DNA of 64,000 nucleotides from an uncultured Actinomycetota bacterium (lineage in GTDB: Bacteria > Actinomycetota > Actinomycetes > JAHEKZ01). Of the stretch, positions 31,702-39,397 are shown one piece after another. Where the stretch lies: positions 216,670-280,669 of the forward strand of contig CAVQHW010000004.1 in the NCBI GenBank assembly GCA_963712425.1. The letters are read 5' to 3'. The translations under genes were made by a program, and so were the position numbers. The notes under the pieces were generated by a model that worked only from the letters and a program-made list of their open reading frames with translations, was not told where the DNA came from and ran no database searches. Position 1 is the stretch's first letter. Each line of letters opens with the position of its first letter.

Positions 31702-31907
31702 CCTCCGACCCGCCTTCAGGGTCGCGTGGTAGCGTCAGCGGCGGTTGCAGGACTTTTCCGTCGTCCCGTTTCGCCTGATCTCCACTCGTGGAGAGCTGCC
31801 GAAGCGCCCGCGGAAAGACTCGCGGGCATTCTCGGGCACTCCCCGTGGTGCCGCAGCCCCAGCCACACAACAGGTGCGGTTGGAAGCTTCAAGAGTTGGA
31901 GAGTTTC
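31702..31907 (+). promoter_or_regulatory. Long 5' leader/promoter region of cspA (about 200 nt non-coding)
   Basis: No credible ORF in this region. GGAG sits 8 nt upstream of the cspA ATG. Major cold-shock protein genes typically carry long structured 5' UTRs. Confidence 0.35.
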
Positions 31908-32111
31908 ATGGCAGTAGGCAGCGTTAAGTGGTTCAACGCTGAAAAGGGTTACGGATTCATTGAGCAAGACGGCGGCGGCGCCGACGTCTTTGTTCACTTC
32001 TCGGCCATCACGATGGACGGGTACCGCACCCTTGAAGAGAACCAGCGCGTCGAGTTCGAAATCACTCAGGGCCCGAAGGGTCCGCAGGCCGAGAACGTTC
32101 GGCTTGCCTGA
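31908..32111 (+). CDS. cspA: Cold-shock protein CspA family
   Basis: 67 aa with RNP1/RNP2 motifs ([18 protein letters not shown]). Confidence 0.92.
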   Translation: MAVGSVKWFNAEKGYGFIEQDGGGADVFVHFSAITMDGYRTLEENQRVEFEITQGPKGPQAENVRLA

Positions 32112-32158
32112 TCTGAAGGTCTGGTGACATCGGGTTCGCCCGGTTCACAGAGGCTTCG

Positions 32159-32206
32159 CGAAGGACCCGGTAGCTCACCTCAGTGGTGGGTCTGCCGGGT
32201 CCTTCG
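32159..32206. terminator. Bidirectional intrinsic-terminator-like hairpin between convergent cspA and the S51/CysRS-C gene
   Basis: A 12-bp perfect stem (CGAAGGACCCGG ... CCGGGTCCTTCG) with a 24-nt loop that itself can pair (CACC/GGTG). No T-tract, as is usual in high-GC actinobacteria. Confidence 0.55.
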
Positions 32207-32209
32207 TCG

Positions 32210-33487
32210 TTAGTCAGAGTTTGCGGCGCCAGGGCTGGGTGCGAGTGACCAACTGACGCCCTCGGGGGTGTCTTGCACCTCGACGCCACCAGCGCCGAGC
32301 ACGTCACGAATGAGGTCACTGGTGGCGTAGTCCTTCTGATCACGTGCGGACGCGCGTGCCTCGAGCAGCGGCTCGACAAGTGGCGCGACGATCGTCGCTG
32401 GATCGGTGGTGCCAATCCGCGCCAGTTCACCGAGTCGGACGACCATGGCGCGCAGCTGCCTTCGCGCACGGTCGATCGCGTCGCTTTGCAGGGTGTCAGC
32501 CGACCACGCCTGAATGGCGTCGTCGATTGCCAGCACGGCGGCGACCGCGGCGTCCACGTCGCGTGCTTCAAGTGCGCTATCGAAGGCATCGCGATGCGCA
32601 GCGACGTCACGTTCGAGAGATGGGGCAGATGCCTCCGGTGATGCCTTCGGTTCTGCTGGTGCTGCTGACCGAGGCGTGGCCTCAGCCGGCGCGGGCCTGT
32701 TGGCGCTGAAGACCGCTTTGAAGTCGGCCACCGTCATGACCGTTCCGGAAGGGATCACCTCGGCGCTGCCTTGTCGACGCACTGTCACGCCGCCGGTGCC
32801 AGAGACCTCGACCCGTTCGGCACCCAGGTCGATCATCAGCGCGGTGTGCTCGTCGACCCCCAGAACGGCGGCGCCGTCGTCGAGTTGCTGCTCCATCGCC
32901 GCGAGTCGATCGAGGCCGAGGTAGCAGAACCGGGTGTCGTAGGTTCCCCCCTCGGCGTTGTCGAAGTGGGGGACAACCGCCAGCGTGAGGTCAAGAAACT
33001 CCGCCAGGAGGTCAAGCCCCTGAACCCATGCAGGCTCGGCGCCGACCTTGTAGATCTCGTAGACCGGAAGTGCCCATCTCCCTGCCGTGACGGCGGCGGC
33101 GCTCCCCAGCGTGACCGTGCCGCCGCGTCGCACCACATCCGAGATTGCTCCCGCCATAGGCGTTCCTTGCCATTGACCCAACGCATACGTGGGGCTACCT
33201 GGCCCAGCGAAGAGCCAGGACGCCTGACTCACCTCAGCTAGCGCCTGATCGTGACCCGTGTCGTCACGCGAGCGCCAACGGGCCGCGCGGACGGTGTGCC
33301 CGACGGAGTCGGCGAAGTAGCGAAGGGTGCGGTGGGTGAGGTCATCAGCGTTGACCTGGAAGCCGTAGGGAGTATCGAGCATCACGGCTGGGCCTGAGCC
33401 TGAGCTGGCGAGCACCGCACGGTGGGTCTTGACCATTGCAGGCGCGGTTTCGCCTGACCCCATCAATACGATTCGGCCGTCAGTCAC
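32210..33487 (-). CDS. Fusion protein: N-terminal peptidase-S51/cyanophycinase-like domain, Pro/Ala-rich linker, and a C-terminal cysteinyl-tRNA-synthetase-type anticodon-binding (DALR-2-like) helical domain
   Basis: The N-terminus (IVLMGSGETAP...GSAAAVTAGRW) resembles class-I glutamine-amidotransferase-like S51 hydrolases. The C-terminus (RDVDAAVAAVLAIDDAIQAW ... RASARDQKDYATSDLIRDVLGAGGVEVQDTPEGVSW) matches the CysRS C-terminal R-x-ARK-KDW-AADxxRDxLxxxGI-LEDxPxGTxW pattern. Confidence 0.6.
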   Translation of the reverse strand: MTDGRIVLMGSGETAPAMVKTHRAVLASSGSGPAVMLDTPYGFQVNADDLTHRTLRYFADSVGHTVRAARWRSRDDTGHDQALAEVSQASWLFAGPGSPTYALGQWQGTPMAGAISDVVRRGGTVTLGSAAAVTAGRWALPVYEIYKVGAEPAWVQGLDLLAEFLDLTLAVVPHFDNAEGGTYDTRFCYLGLDRLAAMEQQLDDGAAVLGVDEHTALMIDLGAERVEVSGTGGVTVRRQGSAEVIPSGTVMTVADFKAVFSANRPAPAEATPRSAAPAEPKASPEASAPSLERDVAAHRDAFDSALEARDVDAAVAAVLAIDDAIQAWSADTLQSDAIDRARRQLRAMVVRLGELARIGTTDPATIVAPLVEPLLEARASARDQKDYATSDLIRDVLGAGGVEVQDTPEGVSWSLAPSPGAANSD

Positions 33488-33505
33488 TGCGCGTCCTTGG
33501 CTTGC

Positions 33506-34363
33506 TCACTGTGCCGATCCTTGCACGCGATCGATCAAGGCGAACACCTGCTCTGCGACAACGTCTGGCTGCTGCAGGTGAATGTCGTGATGGGCTTCCG
33601 GGTACCAACGTGCAGTGGCGTCTGGCAGCTGCTCGAGCGCCTGGTCGACATCCTCGGACGTCGCCTTACCGGCCACGATCAGGCTCACCGGTACGTTGAC
33701 GCGGCCGTAGTTCGTTGCCGGATCGTCTTCCCACAGCGAGTGCACGATGCTCCGATGGTGCTCGAACGAGAGCCGATTGCGGACGCGGCCGTCAACGACC
33801 TCGAGATTGCCCATGATCGCGTCCACCGAATGTGCTGGCCATCCTCGAACAAAGCCCTGAATACGTGCTAGCGCCTGCTCGGGGGTGGCATCGCCGAAGC
33901 TCGGTGGCTTGAGTGCTGCCCAGCACTCGTCGAAATCGGCGAACCGTGGCTGCAGGTGGATCCAGCCACCGTCGACGCACATGACACCGCCCCAGAGCGC
34001 GCTCTGCGCGGCACTGTGAATGGCGACGTTGGCACCCCACGACTGGCCGACGACTAGCGGGCCGGACGCCTGCCACCCCAAAGCAGCGGCGAGCGCAGTC
34101 ACATCATGGGCTGCCTGCGCGGTCGTGTAGCCCGTCGAAGGGGCCTCGGAGCGGCCGTGTCCGCGCAGATCGACTGCCGCAACAGCGTGGCCTCGGGCGG
34201 CCAACGTCTCGGCGACCTGGCGCCACAGCAGCGCGTTGGAGGCGAGCCCGTGCATCAGGAGCACCGGGCGTCTGTTGCCTTCGTGAGATCTCACGGCAAG
34301 TGAGGTTCCGTCGGGGAGCGCCACCATGGTCGGGGGCCACCACGTGTCGTCCGGCCAGGTCAT
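33506..34363 (-). CDS. Alpha/beta-hydrolase fold protein
   Basis: 285 aa with an HGxxS(N) oxyanion region (LLMHGLASNALLW), a nucleophile elbow (VGQSWGANV) and a C-terminal His. Confidence 0.75.
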   Translation of the reverse strand: MTWPDDTWWPPTMVALPDGTSLAVRSHEGNRRPVLLMHGLASNALLWRQVAETLAARGHAVAAVDLRGHGRSEAPSTGYTTAQAAHDVTALAAALGWQASGPLVVGQSWGANVAIHSAAQSALWGGVMCVDGGWIHLQPRFADFDECWAALKPPSFGDATPEQALARIQGFVRGWPAHSVDAIMGNLEVVDGRVRNRLSFEHHRSIVHSLWEDDPATNYGRVNVPVSLIVAGKATSEDVDQALEQLPDATARWYPEAHHDIHLQQPDVVAEQVFALIDRVQGSAQ

Positions 34364-34535
34364 GGGGTGGCCTTGTGCCGTACGGCGTCGATGAGGGATG
34401 CCGTACGTAGCGAGAGCGTCGATGACGGGACGTAGGCGCTTTCATCGCCATCGATCGCCTTCGAAACGTGCTCCAGCATCAGTTGGTACGCGTCGCAGGG
34501 GGCGAACTTCTCGCTCCACCGCTCGCCACCGTCGG

Positions 34536-35325
34536 TCAGAGGTCCAAGCTGGACTCGGCATGCCAGTTGGTGAATGCGCTGCCGACCCATGTCACCGACA
34601 GATCGTCTGCCGCCACTCGCAGGGCCTGATGCTCAGGGCTGATGAACGACGCCTCGACGGACGCCGTGGCGATCTCGGTCTTCAGCGTGGCTGTCGTGCT
34701 GAGGTCGGCGCCTCGATCATTGAGGACAACATCGGCATCCGTCACCGAGCAGTCGTCACCACCCCAGTCGACAACTGGTGCGAGCACATAGGGGCCGAGG
34801 TCGAGCAATGCTCCACCACCCTTGGAGGCATCCAGCCGGTAGTTGGCATCTGGGACGCCATTGAAGGTGAATCGCGCGTCGATGTCGTGCACGCGCCCGT
34901 GAGCCCCGTTGCCCAGGAGGGCGTCGGCCCGCCGATGGCGTGGATGCCAACGCACCCAGGTGGCTTCGACTAGCAGCTTGCCGTGGGCCTCTGCCGCAGC
35001 GAACGCGCGCTGGCAGTCCTCCGCGCTCATCGCGAGTGGCTTCTCGCACAACACGTGCTTGCCGGACTCCAAACTCGCGAGAATCCAGGGCACGTGGAGG
35101 TCGTTGGACAGTGCGATGTACACCGCGTCGACCGTCGGATCGTTCACGAGGTCTCGATAGGTGTCGTGTACGCGTTCTGGTTCGAGAGCCTGCCGCCCGT
35201 TCGGGGTCACGTGCCGCGGCGGCGTGAAGCGTGACGCCGGACGCGGCGTGCGCGGCGGGGGCCAATGCCTTCGTCGCAATGAAACCAGCGCCGAGGAATC
35301 CCCAACGAACAGCGTGGTGTGTCAC
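34536..35325 (-). pseudogene. Gfo/Idh/MocA-family NAD(P)-dependent oxidoreductase with a frameshift near 35185-35200
   Basis: The N-terminal Rossmann segment MTHHAVRWGFLGAGFIATKALAPAAHAASGVTLHAAAARDPERAA is in one frame. The continuation LEPERVHDTYRDLVNDPTVDAVYIALSNDLHVPWILASLESGKHVLCEKPLA... is in another. Its start abuts the stop of the upstream 554-aa gene. Confidence 0.7.
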
Positions 35326-36986
35326 TGTTCCCCGTCGACACGAACGGGTTCGCCACGGGAGTGCGCAGAAGCACGCGCCGCGTCCATCACCGCGACCACT
35401 CGACGTGACTGTTCGACTGTGACGCTCATCGGCCAGTCGTACAGCAACTCGTCAACAAGCTCGCGGTGGAACCCGAACTGCGGAATCTGCGGAGGAACGA
35501 GTTGGGTCTCTGCTCCAGACGCGTCGATCAGCAGCACGTCAGGGGGCGCGTCCGTCACCAGCAGGCGGTCCTCGGCGAGCGTGCCGATCTCGGTGCGAGA
35601 AATAACCGCCTCGTGTCGCCACCGACTGGTGAGCGCACCCTCGGTTCCCAGCAAGTACCAGCGGGGTTTGAGTGCGGCAGCGAGGTCGGAGTGAACGAAG
35701 CTTGCCTCCGCTCCGTCGTCGAATCGGATGGTCATCGAGGTGTGGTCGGCATTTGTCACATCAAGCCACCGTCGCTTGTGCTCTATCGCGGTGACATGCC
35801 TGATCGGCCCGGGGTGCAGGGCCAACACCTGGTCAAGAATGTGGGAGCCCCAGTCGTACACGGCGCCGCCGGAGACGTCAGCGTCGGAGTGCCAGTAGTT
35901 GCAGGGGTGACCGTAGCCGCCGATGAATGTTTCGAGGTGGAAGAGATCCCCGACTTTGCCCGCGTCGAGGGCGCCGCGAATCGAGAGAAAATCGGGGTCA
36001 TACCGACGGTTCTGATAGACGACTGCATGGCGTCCGGTGTCGGTTGCGGCGGCGAGGACTCGATCGGCGTCGTCCACCGAGATCGCTAGGGGTTTCTCAA
36101 TGACGACGTCTTTGCCGGCGTGCAAAGCTCGCTCTGCCCAGTCGGCGTGACTGTCGGGTGGGGTCGACACGACGATGAGGTCGACGTCTGACTCGAGCAG
36201 CTCTGATGGCTCGGTCGTAGCCCGGACTCCCGGCGCGTGTTCCGTTGCGGCTTGGACGCGCGCCTGGTTTCTGTCGCAGACCATCGTCAACTCAAGGCCC
36301 GGTAGTGCATGTACGGCCTTGGCATGCTCGGCCCCGATGGCACCGAAGCCCAAAAGGCCGACCCGCCGGCTTGGCGTGGCCGCAGGTCCGTCGATGCCCA
36401 ATGCACGTCGCATCGCGAGATGGAGCAGGCGGGCGTAGGACGCCGTAGCAATCGCATCGCCGAGTTCGGGCATCGCGGTGAAGGTGCCGACTGACGTCTC
36501 GGGGTTCCACGTCAGAACGGGATGGTGGCTAAGCCCCAGTGGTGCTGACAACCACACTTCGACGCTGTCTCGAAGCTTGTCGATGGTGAGCACTGACGTG
36601 GTGAGTTCTACGGAGGGTTCCACGGGGCACACTCGACGAATCCACGGCTCTTGGCCCTGAGGCTGAAGCCGGGAAGGGTGAGGCCCGACCCATGACCGAG
36701 CAACAACTCCGCTCGCCTCGCGGAGGGTAGGGAGATCGGACGTCAGGGACCGCCCCATCAGGATTGTCGGATTGCCGCGACTGGCCCCAGCGGCAACTGC
36801 GTCCTGGCGAGCGTCGCTCAAGCCCAGGGGTGACCACACCAAGCAAACGCCTTCTGGCGTCTCGTCTTGGCGGGACAGCGTGGTACGCCACCCTGCCCGG
36901 GTAAGGAGCCGATCGAGGTCAGCCTGTACTGCTGATTCACGCGGGCTGAGATCGCCCAGAACCCACGCCAACTGCTGCCTACCCAC
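35322..36986 (-). CDS. Two-domain protein: an uncharacterised N-terminal domain of about 210 aa fused to a Gfo/Idh/MocA oxidoreductase
   Basis: 554 aa. Residues from about 215 show a Rossmann motif (RVGLLGFGAIGAEHAKA), EKPLA and the C-terminal Gfo/Idh/MocA alpha/beta domain. The N-terminal domain has no motif I recognise. Confidence 0.65.
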   Translation of the reverse strand: MGRQQLAWVLGDLSPRESAVQADLDRLLTRAGWRTTLSRQDETPEGVCLVWSPLGLSDARQDAVAAGASRGNPTILMGRSLTSDLPTLREASGVVARSWVGPHPSRLQPQGQEPWIRRVCPVEPSVELTTSVLTIDKLRDSVEVWLSAPLGLSHHPVLTWNPETSVGTFTAMPELGDAIATASYARLLHLAMRRALGIDGPAATPSRRVGLLGFGAIGAEHAKAVHALPGLELTMVCDRNQARVQAATEHAPGVRATTEPSELLESDVDLIVVSTPPDSHADWAERALHAGKDVVIEKPLAISVDDADRVLAAATDTGRHAVVYQNRRYDPDFLSIRGALDAGKVGDLFHLETFIGGYGHPCNYWHSDADVSGGAVYDWGSHILDQVLALHPGPIRHVTAIEHKRRWLDVTNADHTSMTIRFDDGAEASFVHSDLAAALKPRWYLLGTEGALTSRWRHEAVISRTEIGTLAEDRLLVTDAPPDVLLIDASGAETQLVPPQIPQFGFHRELVDELLYDWPMSVTVEQSRRVVAVMDAARASAHSRGEPVRVDGEQ

Positions 36987-37042
36987 TCACCCTCCCAACA
37001 CGGGACGCCTGGTGCGTCACTGGATGTGGCGAATGGAACGAC

Positions 37043-37104
37043 CCTAGGCCCCCCGAGCCGATCTCGCAGCCGCCGCGGCGGCTACTCACACAGTGCGGGG
37101 CCTA
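37043..37104. terminator. Nested GC-rich palindrome downstream of purU
   Basis: CTAGGCCCC (37043-37051) pairs with GGGGCCTAG (37096-37104, overlapping the purU stop). A perfect 14-bp palindrome GCCGCCGCGGCGGC sits inside it at 37068-37081. Confidence 0.45.
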
Positions 37105-37965
37105 GCGGAAGACGACCGTGCGGTGGCCGTTGAGCAGGATGCGGCTCTCGGCATGCCAGAGGACCGCACGGGCCAGGGCCTGGCACTCTACGTCGCGACC
37201 CACTGTCACGAGCTTCTCCGGCGACAAGGTGTGATCGACCCGCGCAACCTCTTGCTCGATGATGGGGCCCTCGTCGAGGTCGGTTGTCACGTAGTGCGCG
37301 GTCGCACCGATGAGTTTCACGCCGCGCTCGTGTGCCTGGTGGTACGGCTTACCGCCTTTGAAGCTGGGTAGGAAAGAGTGATGGATGTTGATCGCCTTGC
37401 CATTCAGCGCCCGACACAGGTCTTCGGATAGCACCTGCATATAGCGCGCCAGCACCACGAGGTCGACCGACTCTTTGTCGACGAGGTCGAGCAGCTGCTG
37501 CTCAGCTTCTGGCTTGGTCTCGGCGGTGACGGGTATGTAGTGGAACGGGAAACCGTAGTCGTCGACCAGGCTCTCGTAGTCACGGTGATTGGAGACCACG
37601 CCGGCAACATCGATCGGCAAGGCGCCAATGCGGTGCCGGAAGAGCAGGTCGTTGAGGCAGTGACCGAACCTTGAGACCATCAGCAGAACCCGAGGCCGTT
37701 CTTCGGCGCCACGAAGAATGAAGTCCATGTCGAACGTCGTTGACATCCGCTCGAAGTCCCGTTGCAGGGTGTCGAGTTCGTCGCCGTCCGAGCAGAAGAA
37801 TCGGACCCGCATGAAGAAGATGCCGGTGTCCTGGTCGCCGTACTGTTGGCTCGAGATGACGGTGCAGTTGTGCTGCACGAGGAAGCTCGAAACGGCGTAG
37901 ACGACACCCGGCCTGTCAGGGCATGAGAGCGTCAGGATGAACTGGGGGTGTCCGGAGGGCGCCAT
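37102..37965 (-). CDS. purU: Formyltetrahydrofolate deformylase PurU
   Basis: N-terminal ACT domain (FILTLSCPDRPGVVYAVS) and a formyl-transferase core (HHSFLPSFKGGKPYHQA...DEGPII). ATG 37965. The ORF-track N-terminal extension was rejected. Confidence 0.88.
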   Translation of the reverse strand: MAPSGHPQFILTLSCPDRPGVVYAVSSFLVQHNCTVISSQQYGDQDTGIFFMRVRFFCSDGDELDTLQRDFERMSTTFDMDFILRGAEERPRVLLMVSRFGHCLNDLLFRHRIGALPIDVAGVVSNHRDYESLVDDYGFPFHYIPVTAETKPEAEQQLLDLVDKESVDLVVLARYMQVLSEDLCRALNGKAINIHHSFLPSFKGGKPYHQAHERGVKLIGATAHYVTTDLDEGPIIEQEVARVDHTLSPEKLVTVGRDVECQALARAVLWHAESRILLNGHRTVVFR

Positions 37966-38057
37966 GGTGATCCTGGGGGAGAGGAATGCGGAACAAGAGT
38001 AGGGTATCAACTGATAGCCTAGGTCGACGAGCCGTTCCACGACGTGAGGGGGCCGTG

Positions 38058-38690
38058 ATGGCGAGTGTCGTTGAGGACGCTGAGCGGCGAGTACTAGACC
38101 TGCGGGGCACCCCACGTCCGCAATGGGGCACCAAAGACCGCATTCTGTTGGCCGCGTCCCAGTTGTTCGCGGTACACGGATTTCGCGGCGCGTCGACCCG
38201 CGCCATTGCCGATCAAGTGGGCGTGCGCCAGCCATCGTTGTTCAAACACTTTGGGTCCAAGCGCGACATGCTCGGTGAGCTAGCCATCTTCGACATGCAT
38301 GTTCCGGCGCAGCATGCACAGCGCGCCGCCGCAGGCGAGGGGCCAGCGACAGACCGACTCGCCGCCTACTTGGCATGGGACTTTGAGTGGTACCGCACCA
38401 TGCCGTTCGACCTACGAGGCATGACCGATGACCTGGTGCGCAGTGAGGGACTGACCGAGGCGCAACGGGCACTCGGGCGCTGGACGCGGTCTATCAAGTC
38501 GATCCTCAAGCAAGGGGTCGAGTCAGGCGAGTTCGCCCCAGGGTCTGTGCGCTTTGTGCCGCCTGTCATCGAGACGTTGAGTTGGCACATGGTGCAGTCG
38601 TCGTCAGCCACGGGCAAGACGGTCGACGATGGCGTCCGCTTCGTGCTCGCTGCAGTGCTCGCTCCGACAGTGGACGACTCCACCACCTAA
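38058..38690 (+). CDS. TetR-family transcriptional regulator
   Basis: TetR HTH (ILLAASQLFAVHGFRGASTRAIADQVGVRQPSLFKHFGSK). Divergent from purU. Start is probably ATG 38058; the ORF track starts at 37986. Confidence 0.78.
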   Translation: MASVVEDAERRVLDLRGTPRPQWGTKDRILLAASQLFAVHGFRGASTRAIADQVGVRQPSLFKHFGSKRDMLGELAIFDMHVPAQHAQRAAAGEGPATDRLAAYLAWDFEWYRTMPFDLRGMTDDLVRSEGLTEAQRALGRWTRSIKSILKQGVESGEFAPGSVRFVPPVIETLSWHMVQSSSATGKTVDDGVRFVLAAVLAPTVDDSTT

Positions 38691-38712
38691 GAACCGTGGC
38701 CGGTCATCGCCC

Positions 38713-39198
38713 TCACGTTCTCAGTGGCTTGACCCAACGACGCCAGTCGTCCTGGCAGGCGTAGCCAGCGCCGATCCACGCTGCCTCACCGAGATCGTTG
38801 CCCGCTAACACCATCGCGTCCAGCCTGCGCGCTCCCAGCGAGGTGAGCCGTTGCGCAGCGACGTCAAGCAAGTGCCCTCCGACTCCGCGACGGCGGTAAT
38901 CGGGGTGAACAGCGAGTCGGTAGAGGTGAGCCCGCCAGCCATCCCAGCCGGCAATGATCGAACCCACGATGTCGTGCCCAACTAAGGCCAACAGGCAGGC
39001 GTTCGGGTCACGCACAAGCAATGTTTCGACTGCGAGCGCTGTGTCCGCAGGTCGTCCGTCGTTCTCGGCGGCGATAGTCCATAAGCCGAGAAGCGCGGGA
39101 ATATCCGCGTGGACAGCGGGGCGAACGGTGACGGACTGGTCATGCTTCGAGACCTGACTCATCTCAACAGTCTGCCCGGCGATCAGTCGCCAGAGCAT
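38713..39198 (-). CDS. GNAT-family N-acetyltransferase
   Basis: Acetyl-CoA binding motif (RRRGVGGHLLDVAAQRL) within a ~160-aa ORF. The start could be the internal Met at 39162. Confidence 0.72.
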   Translation of the reverse strand: MLWRLIAGQTVEMSQVSKHDQSVTVRPAVHADIPALLGLWTIAAENDGRPADTALAVETLLVRDPNACLLALVGHDIVGSIIAGWDGWRAHLYRLAVHPDYRRRGVGGHLLDVAAQRLTSLGARRLDAMVLAGNDLGEAAWIGAGYACQDDWRRWVKPLRT

Positions 39199-39212
39199 CA
39201 GATTTCACACGG

Positions 39213-39297
39213 TGTCCGAGGGGGGACTTGAACCCCCAAGCCCTTTCGGGCACTAGCACCTCAAGCTAGCGCGTCTACCAGATTCCGCCACTCGGAC
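39213..39297 (-). tRNA. tRNA-Leu (anticodon GAG), class II with a long variable arm; CCA not encoded
   Basis: Reverse complement is GTCCGAGTGGCGGAATCTGGTAGACGCGCTAGCTTGAGGTGCTAGTGCCCGAAAGGGCTTGGGGGTTCAAGTCCCCCCTCGGACA. It has a 7-bp acceptor stem, anticodon loop CTTGAGGTG (anticodon GAG) and T-loop GGTTCAAGTCC. Confidence 0.85.
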
Positions 39298-39397
39298 GAG
39301 GCGAGGCGTCACTCTACCAACGCCGCAGACGTCGGCCGAATCGACGGGAGGCTCGTGGCGCCTACCCGATGGGCTCGCCGCGAGGCACCATGGGGGA

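Noticed and set aside
34398-34973. A 191-aa + strand ORF
   Set aside because: It is antisense to the C-terminal half of the Gfo/Idh/MocA gene. Its Arg-rich N-terminus suggests a spurious ORF.
37966-38235. A 90-codon N-terminal extension of purU
   Set aside because: There is no homology. PurU ACT domains begin at MAPSGHPQFILTL (ATG 37965).
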